DNA from: Nitrosopumilaceae archaeon
Lineage (GTDB): Archaea; Thermoproteota; Nitrososphaeria; Nitrososphaerales; Nitrosopumilaceae
NCBI GenBank assembly: GCA_035631875.1
Contig: DASQHX010000010.1
Location: forward strand, 248,708 to 280,707
Direction: 5' to 3'
Length of the DNA: 32,000 bases
Part shown: positions 7,185-13,588 of the stretch, piece after piece
How the letters are laid out: every line of letters begins with the position of its first letter
Position numbering within the stretch: position 1 is the stretch's first letter
The notes under the pieces: generated by a model
Databases searched by the model: none
Seen by the model: the letters and a program-made list of their open reading frames with translations, nothing else
What the model was told of the DNA's origin: nothing
Position numbers and translations under genes: made by a program

Positions 7185-9077
7185 TTAAACAACTGGACAG
7201 GTATTTTTTATTGGATTACCTACAATTATCCCGCTAATAGAGCCACCACATGAATCTGTGATGCTACCAGAATTGGTGATCGGAGCGCTGTTGATGACTA
7301 GCGCAGAGTTGGTCATTATTCCGCTGTTAGTAATAGGACCGCTGTTAGTAATAGGACCGCTGTTAGTAACAGTACCAGAGGTAGTCAAGATACCAGAATT
7401 AGTGACAAGACCTGTTGCTGTGTTGACTATGACACCTGTAGCACTGTTGTCAATAGGACCGCTGCTTACAAGTGCACCAGAGTTGGTGATTGTACCACTG
7501 TTGATTATATTGAGACTGTTTGTAACTGTGCCTCCTAGTGCATTGGTTAGTTTACCAGAGGTTGGTAACGTGATGGCACCAGATGTGGTGATTATACCTG
7601 CATTGTTATTTGTTATAATGCCATTGTCTGTAATGACACCTGTTGGACCGTTGGTGAGTGTGCCACTATTTGTCATAGTGCCAGAGTTGGTTACAGGTCC
7701 GCTGTTGGTGATTGTGCCCAAGTTTGTTATTGTACCAGTAAGAGTGTTTGTGATAAGTCCACTGCTTGTAATAGTACCTGTTAGACCGTTTGTTACAGGA
7801 CCGTTATTTGTTATAGTACCAGATGATGTAATGGTTCCAGTGTTGCTAAATGTATTTGTTGTAGTTAAAATGCCAGTTGGACCAACTGTAATGGTACCAG
7901 TGTTGATTATAGGTCCGCTGTTGGTGATTGTACCCAAGTCTGTGATAAGTCCCGTGTTGCTAAGAACAACATTAGATGCAATAACTAGTGTGTTACCAGA
8001 ATTAATTGTCAATGTAGAGACTGTACATGTTGTAGTTGCAACAGTCCAAACTCCGCCTAATGTTTGACATGATGTTTGATCAGATAGTGTAATAATTCCT
8101 GGAGTAATTGTTGGTGGTGGTATCACGGCAACTACGTTGACAGTTCTAGTTACTTGAATTGCATGATTTCCTGCAGGGTCTACTGCGTTATAGGTTACCA
8201 AGTATGAACCTACTATACTCGTATTAACTGCACTTGAGTTTATTGTTGCAACTAGTCCGACATTGTCTGGATCAGATACAGTAGCACCCAACTCGGTATA
8301 GACGCCTCCGACTACAATAATTTGAGGATTAGCACCTATCAAAGTGATTACAGGTGGTGTGGTATCTGGTGGTGTGATAGCTGCTGGAGCTGTGATTATA
8401 GCAGAAGCTCCTGTAGTAACTGCACCGTTTGACAAGATTCTTCCATTCATAGTGACTAGTGTACCTACGGAAGTAGCTGCATTACTTAGTACATTTCCTA
8501 CGAAATGACTGTTTGCTCCAAGTGTTGTAGCTCCTACTGGTACCCAAAATACATTGCCAGCTAGTGCACCTCCGTGTAAGTGAATAGATGAGCCAGCTAC
8601 GGTATTAAGTGCGCCGCCCAGTCTGAAAATGTAAACTCCATTACCGTTAAGAGTAGCTACATCGTTTATTGAAACAGCACCCGTAATACAATAGACTCCT
8701 GGTGTTATGTCGCCGAGAGTGTCTAAGACAGTTGCTGGAGTAAGTGTTGTTGTACAAGCTCCAGTTTGTGTTGGATCGTTTGCGTTTGCAATGAGCTTGG
8801 CTTGAACTGTTTCTGCGTTAATATAAGTAGGATCGGTAGCTATGAAAGTTGTACCATGAACTATTGGAAGAGCTGCTGGTGGTACGGTATATCCAAGATC
8901 TCCGTTTATAGTAGTTCCTGCGCCTGCGGTAAATGTATTAGCAAGAAGAGCAAAGTTGCTGACACCTGTTAGGTCTAGTGGACCTGCTGCAGTGACACCT
9001 TGGATAGAAAAAAATATAACAGAAATCATGGCGACCACTATAGGAAGAATGAGAATTTTTTTCATTGTAGTTGCCAT
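7185..9077 (-). CDS. Large secreted multidomain surface protein: ice-binding-like (DUF3494) domain + Ig-like (DUF5011-type) domain + Thr/Gly/Asn repeat domain
   Basis: 630-aa ORF with signal peptide '[30 protein letters not shown]'. Residues ~30-230 follow the DUF3494 pattern ('SNFALLAN...TINGDLGY...PGVYCI...[12 protein letters not shown]...[25 protein letters not shown]...MNGRILS'). Residues ~238-315 follow the DUF5011 pattern ('[30 protein letters not shown]...[15 protein letters not shown]...RTVNV'). The C-terminal ~310 aa are homologous to the 255-aa neighbour. Confidence 0.85.
   Translation of the reverse strand: MATTMKKILILPIVVAMISVIFFSIQGVTAAGPLDLTGVSNFALLANTFTAGAGTTINGDLGYTVPPAALPIVHGTTFIATDPTYINAETVQAKLIANANDPTQTGACTTTLTPATVLDTLGDITPGVYCITGAVSINDVATLNGNGVYIFRLGGALNTVAGSSIHLHGGALAGNVFWVPVGATTLGANSHFVGNVLSNAATSVGTLVTMNGRILSNGAVTTGASAIITAPAAITPPDTTPPVITLIGANPQIIVVGGVYTELGATVSDPDNVGLVATINSSAVNTSIVGSYLVTYNAVDPAGNHAIQVTRTVNVVAVIPPPTITPGIITLSDQTSCQTLGGVWTVATTTCTVSTLTINSGNTLVIASNVVLSNTGLITDLGTITNSGPIINTGTITVGPTGILTTTNTFSNTGTITSSGTITNNGPVTNGLTGTITSSGLITNTLTGTITNLGTITNSGPVTNSGTMTNSGTLTNGPTGVITDNGIITNNNAGIITTSGAITLPTSGKLTNALGGTVTNSLNIINSGTITNSGALVSSGPIDNSATGVIVNTATGLVTNSGILTTSGTVTNSGPITNSGPITNSGIMTNSALVINSAPITNSGSITDSCGGSISGIIVGNPIKNTCPVV
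7321..7374. repeat. 18-bp tandem repeat inside the repeat domain (two perfect copies plus one diverged)
   Basis: ccgctgttagtaatagga occurs at 7321-7338 and 7339-7356, followed by ccgctgttagtaacagta at 7357-7374. On the minus strand this encodes the run '[15 protein letters not shown]'. Confidence 0.9.
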
Positions 9078-9100
9078 TAAGATTTTGATTGTTGATAATG

Positions 9101-9190
9101 CTATTAAGCCGCGCTTACATTTTTGTTAGTTTCATGTACTAGTTTGTCAGTATGATGTATTATTCTGTCAGCATTACTGACAAATCTGTC
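9101..9190 (-). promoter_or_regulatory. Shared double-dyad + TATA module, copy 3 (upstream of large secreted protein, start 9077), with an extra distal dyad
   Basis: In gene orientation: GACAGATTTGTC (9179-9190, within CTGACAGATTTGTCAG), a degenerate dyad (9137-9148), CTAACAAAAATGTAAG (9114-9129), GCGC, then CTTAATAG (9101-9108). 23 nt separate the box from the ATG. The leader 'gcattatcaacaat' is shared with copy 1. Confidence 0.6.
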
Positions 9191-9210
9191 AGTAATTATA
9201 AATTGAATTG

Positions 9211-9525
9211 TTATTTGGTAGTTGAGATCATTGACGCAAATTTTCTGCCACTTGCGGTCAAAGCAATTTTAATTTTGTTTTCTTCAATTGTTGATGCAAC
9301 AAGATCATTTTTCTCCATCCAAACAATATGTTTTGCAAGTCTTGCATAGTTTACATTGGTATCAAGTGATAGCTGGGTCTTGCCTTCAGAACCGTTTTCT
9401 GTCATGGATTTCATGATACGAGATAGAACTTTCATGCTTGGCTCAAAGTTAGGCTCTATTTTTTTGTTCTTGACAATCTCGATTATTTGAGAATTAATTA
9501 CCAACCTGGCATATGTACGGGACAA
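9211..9525 (-). CDS. Small winged-helix DNA-binding protein, family A paralog 2
   Basis: 104-aa ORF with TTG at 9525 and an alternative ATG at 9435. 'EPNFEPSMKVLSRIMKSMTENGSEGKTQLSLDTNVNYARLAKHIVWMEKNDLV' is near-identical to the paralogs over the HTH region. Confidence 0.7.
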   Translation of the reverse strand: MSRTYARLVINSQIIEIVKNKKIEPNFEPSMKVLSRIMKSMTENGSEGKTQLSLDTNVNYARLAKHIVWMEKNDLVASTIEENKIKIALTASGRKFASMISTTK

Positions 9526-9717
9526 TCCTATATAACTGGATCCTAAATACGATAAATAATATTAATAAAAAGAAATATCATTTCATAAAATGATTCTGAT
9601 TATCCTGATTAAAGAATTCTAGTGAGAAATGTTACTTACTCCTGCAGTGAGTGCATCTTATTAGTTGGTATGAGAGATGATGAATATTTTTAGAGTTTTC
9701 AATTTTTCTATCATGTT

Positions 9718-9765
9718 GACAGATTAGTCCATAAAACGGACAAAGATGTGAGTGTGGTTTAATAG
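9718..9765 (+). promoter_or_regulatory. Shared double-dyad + TATA module, copy 6 (degenerate; upstream of the DUF922-like gene)
   Basis: GACAGATTAGTC (9718-9729), GACAAAGATGTG (9739-9750, centres 21 nt apart), then TTTAATAG (9758-9765). 18 nt separate the box from the ATG at 9784. It lies in a divergent intergenic region, so it cannot be a terminator of an upstream gene. Confidence 0.5.
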
Positions 9766-9783
9766 CTCTACCGACCGTAAACT

Positions 9784-10374
9784 ATGGTTGATAAATGTAT
9801 GCAAATCTTCGTCAATAACACATCTACAAACCCAGAACTTCCGGTAATTATTTGGAATAAGACTCAAATCTTAAAATGGAATGATTTCAAAAAAAGATCT
9901 GATCCTAAAGCTAAAGCATCAGCTAGCTCAGCAATAGGATTCGAATCAAAGCCACTTATTGAGCATATTAAGACTGGAAGCAAATTCAAATTTAAGATTA
10001 GAGATATGCAACTCCAAGCAGTTTTTATCCCTGATTTCTCTTGGGTAATGAAAAAAAATAGTAAGAAAGGTAGTACATTGCTTCTAAAACACGAACAAGG
10101 GCATTTTGATCTGGCAGAAGAAATCACTAGAAAAACTAGAATTAGAACAACCAATCGTTTTCAGAATAGAGCCTTTATTGTAAAAGGTGCAAATGATGCC
10201 AAGGCAAAAAAAGATGCGATATTACAAGTAACTAAAATAAGAAAAGAAATCGATAGTAAATTACTAAAGGAACTCAAACGCCAACAAACAAAATATGATG
10301 ATAAAACTAATCACGGATTAATCACAGAGAATCAAGAGAAATACAACAAAAGATTCGAAAAGTTAAGAGAATGA
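9784..10374 (+). CDS. DUF922-like protein, putative Zn-dependent peptidase ('HEQGH' motif)
   Basis: 196-aa ORF. 'LKWNDFKKRSDPKAKASASSAIGF' and 'LLLKHEQGHFDLAEE' match my recollection of the DUF922 / COG5661 signature. The C-terminal third is Lys-rich and helical. No signal peptide is evident. Confidence 0.55.
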   Translation: MVDKCMQIFVNNTSTNPELPVIIWNKTQILKWNDFKKRSDPKAKASASSAIGFESKPLIEHIKTGSKFKFKIRDMQLQAVFIPDFSWVMKKNSKKGSTLLLKHEQGHFDLAEEITRKTRIRTTNRFQNRAFIVKGANDAKAKKDAILQVTKIRKEIDSKLLKELKRQQTKYDDKTNHGLITENQEKYNKRFEKLRE

Positions 10375-10525
10375 ATCAATTTTTTATTTTAATTTTTAAC
10401 AGACAAGCGAACGAGTTTATCAATAAGGAATAGTGCAAAACCATTGTCAACTTCTTTTTGTTATGGATCTTAGATTTTAGTGAAAATAATTTATATTAGA
10501 TTGTACCGCACAAATGTGGTACAAA

Positions 10526-10565
10526 GTATGGTAGAGTATGGTATGGTATGGTATGGTATGGTATC
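10526..10565. repeat. Pentanucleotide microsatellite (GTATG)n at the 5' end of a wHTH gene
   Basis: Unit order: gtatg (10526-30), gtaga, five perfect gtatg (10536-10560), gtatc. ATGs fall at 10528, 10538, 10543, 10548, 10553 and 10558, covering all three frames. Confidence 0.9.
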
Positions 10566-10833
10566 AAAAGACATTAAAGACATAAAATTAGAGCCTAACT
10601 TTGAGCCTAGCATGAAAACTTTAATGCGTATATTCAAAACCATGACAGAAAAAGGTCCTGAGGGAAAGACCATTTTATCACTTGATACCAATCTACAATA
10701 TAGCAGACTTGCAAAACATATTGTTTGGATGGAGAAAAAAGGTCTTGTTGAATCAAGAGTTGAAAAATCCAAGATTAATGTTGGTTTGACCGAGAAAGGC
10801 AGAATATTTGCATCAACGCTTTCAAATGACTAG
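10528..10833 (+). CDS. Small winged-helix DNA-binding protein, family A paralog 3
   Basis: The ORF is open from 10480 (GTG). In-frame ATGs lie at 10528, 10543, 10558 and 10612, and the true start is uncertain. 'LEPNFEPSMKTLMRIFKTMTEKGPEGKTILSLDTNLQYSRLAKHIVWMEKKGLVESR' is paralogous to 6349-6645 and 9211-9525. TATA-like tttatatta lies at 10490-10498, and a degenerate dyad CGCACAAATGTG at 10507-10518 sits between it and the first ATG. Confidence 0.7.
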   Translation: MVEYGMVWYGMVSKDIKDIKLEPNFEPSMKTLMRIFKTMTEKGPEGKTILSLDTNLQYSRLAKHIVWMEKKGLVESRVEKSKINVGLTEKGRIFASTLSND

Positions 10834-10852
10834 TAACAGACATCCACATACT

Positions 10853-10900
10853 GACAGATTTGTCCCTAAAATTGACACCAATGTCAGCGCGGCTTAAATC
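10853..10900 (+). promoter_or_regulatory. Shared double-dyad + TATA module, copy 4 (upstream of HTH_45-type gene, start 10924)
   Basis: GACAGATTTGTC (10853-10864), GACACCAATGTC (10874-10885), GCGC, then CTTAAATC (10893-10900). Dyad centres are 21 nt apart, and 23 nt separate the box from the ATG. Confidence 0.6.
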
Positions 10901-10923
10901 AAATAAAATATTCATTTATTTAT

Positions 10924-11202
10924 ATGATGCAAAACCGTAGCAAACCAGAAATTACTGCTATGATTTTAGAATCTGCAAGAACGGGGGCTACAAAAACAAA
11001 GATGATGTATAATGCGTATCTCTCTCATACTCAAGTACAGGAATATGTGAAATTTCTACAAAAAAGCGATCTATTAACATACGAGAACAATACAGAGCTT
11101 TACAGACCAACTGAAAAGGGATTGAAATTCTTGGATCTCTTATATGTGCTGGGTAAAATTGTTCCCTTGTCCAATTCAGAGAATTATAACATAGAATCCT
11201 AA
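10924..11202 (+). CDS. Small archaeal winged-helix protein, family B (PF14947/HTH_45-like), paralog 1
   Basis: 92-aa ORF. 'RSKPEITAMILESARTGATKTKMMYNAYLSHTQVQEYVKFLQKSDLL...YRPTEKGLKFL' matches the HTH_45 pattern (R-x-x-x-E-I...K-T-x-I-M-Y-x-A-x-L-S...Y-x-x-T-x-K-G-x-x-F-L). Confidence 0.75.
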   Translation: MMQNRSKPEITAMILESARTGATKTKMMYNAYLSHTQVQEYVKFLQKSDLLTYENNTELYRPTEKGLKFLDLLYVLGKIVPLSNSENYNIES

Positions 11203-11297
11203 ACCTAGAAATTGAATGCATGGAATTTCTAAACAACTGATCCAGATCATCTTTTTCATCTTTTACAAATCTTAAGTTTTCAATTCTACAACATGTA

Positions 11298-11345
11298 GAC
11301 AGATTTGTCCCTAATACTGACACCAATGTCAGCGCATCTTAAATC
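11298..11345 (+). promoter_or_regulatory. Shared double-dyad + TATA module, copy 5 (upstream of HTH_45-type gene, start 11367)
   Basis: GACAGATTTGTC (11298-11309), CTGACACCAATGTCAG (11317-11332, perfect 6-nt arms), GCGC, then CTTAAATC (11338-11345). Dyad centres are 21 nt apart, and 21 nt separate the box from the GTG. Confidence 0.6.
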
Positions 11346-11366
11346 ATAAAGAAGATTCTTCTATGT

Positions 11367-11642
11367 GTGGTACTATACCGTGGTAGAACTGAAATTCTCA
11401 ATGAGATGCTAGAGGCTGCAAAAAGAGGTGCAGGAAAGACAAGGATAATGTACAAGGCAAGTCTCTCTTACAGTCAACTCACGGGATATCTGTATTATTT
11501 ACAGCAAAATGGTTTGATAACACATGAAAAAGATACACTGGTTTACAGATCAACTAAAAAGGGATTGAAATTCTTGAACCTGTCGAATGATTTGAGTAAA
11601 TTGGCACGAACACAAACTCAACCAGTCCCACAAATACGCTAA
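11367..11642 (+). CDS. Small archaeal winged-helix protein, family B (PF14947/HTH_45-like), paralog 2
   Basis: 91-aa ORF with a GTG start. 'RGRTEILNEMLEAAKRGAGKTRIMYKASLSYSQLTGYLYYLQQNGLI...YRSTKKGLKFL' aligns end to end with 10924-11202. Confidence 0.75.
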   Translation: MVLYRGRTEILNEMLEAAKRGAGKTRIMYKASLSYSQLTGYLYYLQQNGLITHEKDTLVYRSTKKGLKFLNLSNDLSKLARTQTQPVPQIR

Positions 11643-11779
11643 TCTTCTCAAGGTATGATTCTCTAGTGCGAGCTCTGTCTAGTATAGACAATTTCAGATC
11701 TATGCGTGGTGATAATAATAAAGTCTCGAAATCTATTCAGAAAAGCACTATTATAATCGAATATTTATTCATTGATAAC

Positions 11780-12238
11780 ATGACACGCTTACGATATTGG
11801 AAGCTTTCCACAGATGAGTTTAGACAAGCACAATACGATCCAAAAAAAGTACTAGTATGGGAAATAAAATGTACAAAGGACGATAAAGGGACGCACTTTG
11901 GAGTATTTTGTTATAGAAATGGAACACCTTGGGAATATACTTCAGTTCATGGAATAGTATTCCATTATAACATGATAAAGCGCGATGAAGTGGAAAAGTT
12001 AGCCAAATTCCTAAAGGACAAATTTGGTGGCGAACAGGCAGAAAAAGGAGAACGTATATTTTTGAAAGGTTCTCGTGAAATATACTTACCAAAAGATATT
12101 GCTGAACTTGCTGCAGAGCTTGAAAAAACATTTGAAGTAAGTATTGAGATCACTGTAGAGCTTGAGAACTTTTCAGTACCAGAACAGGAAAAAAGTAATC
12201 TGCCTGCAAATAAAATATTGCCTATCCCAGGAAAATAA
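11780..12238 (+). CDS. Hypothetical protein
   Basis: The ORF is open from 11666 (GTG) and the first ATG is at 11780 ('MTRLRYWKLSTDEF...'). No family was recognised. It is the last gene of the accessory cluster. Confidence 0.5.
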   Translation: MTRLRYWKLSTDEFRQAQYDPKKVLVWEIKCTKDDKGTHFGVFCYRNGTPWEYTSVHGIVFHYNMIKRDEVEKLAKFLKDKFGGEQAEKGERIFLKGSREIYLPKDIAELAAELEKTFEVSIEITVELENFSVPEQEKSNLPANKILPIPGK

Positions 12239-12248
12239 ATATAGAAAA

Positions 12249-12437
12249 TTAATTCTTTTTAGGAGTAATCTTAAACAATATCCAACCACCAGACATGATT
12301 ACTATACCAATTACCCATGTAGAGTTTGTGTCATATCCTTGAATCAATCCTATAATTACAATTATTAGTCCAATTATCATGAGAGGAATCGCTATCCATA
12401 GAAGCTTGTTTGCTTTCTTTGGCGTTTTTTTAACCAT
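12249..12437 (-). CDS. Small membrane protein (two predicted TM helices)
   Basis: 62-aa ORF with an ATG start. It has Lys-rich termini and two hydrophobic stretches, 'LLWIAIPLMIIGLIIVIIGLI' and 'WVIGIVIMSGGWILF'. Confidence 0.5.
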   Translation of the reverse strand: MVKKTPKKANKLLWIAIPLMIIGLIIVIIGLIQGYDTNSTWVIGIVIMSGGWILFKITPKKN

Positions 12438-12557
12438 TTCTTACATATTTCGCTCCTAGGGACACATTATAAGATTTGTCAACTGGTAACAAACTGAACA
12501 TATAGCCTGACATGATAAAAGAGAATTAATATGGTTTTGCGCATTTTCTAATATCCA

Positions 12558-13355
12558 ATGGATGAACTAAAACAAATAGGCGAACATCTGGATGAGCTTA
12601 GAAAGCGTGTACTTAGAATGGTCATTGCGGTTGGCATAATCACGTTTTTCATACTTGGTTTTCATCTGACACCTTTTGTTTACAATGGAACAACATTGTA
12701 TTATCCAAACCCAAATCCGTTTGACAACATGGCAGCACAAGTTACTGTAGCAATGAAACATCAATTGTTACCATCAACAGTACAATTAATCCAAACAGCA
12801 CCAGGTCAGGCATTTTTTGCTCAATTTTATGTTGCCGTTGTACTTGGCATAGCAATAGGAATGCCAATAATTGTAAAAGAATTTATTGGATTTTTAGCTC
12901 CAGCGTTTGACAGAAAAGAAGTTAAGATAATTAGATCCATGACAATCCCAGCTGTTTGTCTTTTCATTGCTGGATGCATTTTTTCATATATTTTTGTCAC
13001 GCCTTATATTCTAGAATTTCTTTACAAGTATGGTCAATCATCGGAGCTATTGACTTTTCTTAATGTTGTTGACTTTATTACATTTGTATTACAATTTCTT
13101 TTATCATTTGGTGTTTCATTTCAACTGCCGTTGATAATGTATGTAGTTTCGGCATCAGGACTAGTAAGCGAAAAGTTCTGGAGAAAAAATATCAGATATG
13201 CTGTAATAATTATAGTGATTCTGGGTGCAGCCATAACTCCAGATGGGAGCGGCGTCACCATGTGGTTTGTTTCAGGCCCAATGATGGCACTATATCTCAT
13301 AGGTATGTTTTTTGCCGAACGTCGTGCAAAACATATTGCAACACTTAAATCTTAA
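12558..13355 (+). CDS. tatC: Twin-arginine translocase subunit TatC
   Basis: 265-aa polytopic membrane ORF. The N-terminus 'HLDELRKRVLRMVIAV' and overall TM layout are typical of TatC, and a tatA-like gene follows directly. Confidence 0.85.
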   Translation: MDELKQIGEHLDELRKRVLRMVIAVGIITFFILGFHLTPFVYNGTTLYYPNPNPFDNMAAQVTVAMKHQLLPSTVQLIQTAPGQAFFAQFYVAVVLGIAIGMPIIVKEFIGFLAPAFDRKEVKIIRSMTIPAVCLFIAGCIFSYIFVTPYILEFLYKYGQSSELLTFLNVVDFITFVLQFLLSFGVSFQLPLIMYVVSASGLVSEKFWRKNIRYAVIIIVILGAAITPDGSGVTMWFVSGPMMALYLIGMFFAERRAKHIATLKS

Positions 13356-13375
13356 GCTGTCCAAATAATACACAT

Positions 13376-13552
13376 ATGGGTTATGAACAAATCCTAATAG
13401 TAGTAATAGTTATAGGTGCATTAATTTTTGGTGCAAAAAAGATCCCAGAGCTTGCTCGCACATTTGGTAAAGCAAAAGGTGAGTTTGAGAAGGGGAGATT
13501 AGAGTCTGAAAAAGAACTAAAGGACTTTAAAGATAAAGAAGATTTAAAATAA
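13376..13552 (+). CDS. tatA: Twin-arginine translocase subunit TatA/E (58 aa, below the ORF-track cutoff)
   Basis: My translation is 'MGYEQILIVVIVIGALIFGAKKIPELARTFGKAKGEFEKGRLESEKELKDFKDKEDLK'. It has a single TM helix, the 'FG..K.PEL.R..GKA..EF' hinge and amphipathic helix, and an acidic/basic tail. It starts 20 nt after tatC. Confidence 0.85.
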   Translation: MGYEQILIVVIVIGALIFGAKKIPELARTFGKAKGEFEKGRLESEKELKDFKDKEDLK

Positions 13553-13588
13553 AAAACGCTTTTTTATCCACAAAAAAGAGATTACCAT

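Noticed and set aside
9677-9683. C-box-like ATGATGA (also at 29900-29906) as possible C/D-box sRNAs
   Set aside because: No D box (CTGA) at the appropriate distance and no terminal stem was found on either strand, so a heptamer match alone is not evidence.
10988-11326. 112-aa minus-strand ORF
   Set aside because: It overlaps the well-supported HTH_45 gene (10924-11202) and regulatory module copy 5. It has no recognisable features and is probably spurious.
6262-11345. Whether the repeated ~50-nt intergenic elements are a CRISPR array, MITEs or terminator hairpins
   Set aside because: Spacing between copies is irregular (hundreds to thousands of nt) and the copies occur on both strands, so this is not a CRISPR array. 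No terminal inverted repeats or target-site duplications flank them, and every copy is locked at a fixed distance and orientation to a start codon, which is unlike MITEs. Copy 6 sits in a divergent intergenic region with no upstream gene to terminate.
5305-12440. The accessory cluster as an integrated virus, plasmid or genomic island
   Set aside because: No integrase, transposase, replication or capsid gene was seen. There is no adjacent tRNA and no flanking direct repeats that I could see. Outside the repeat genes, composition matches the neighbours. The small wHTH genes alone are not sufficient evidence for a mobile element.
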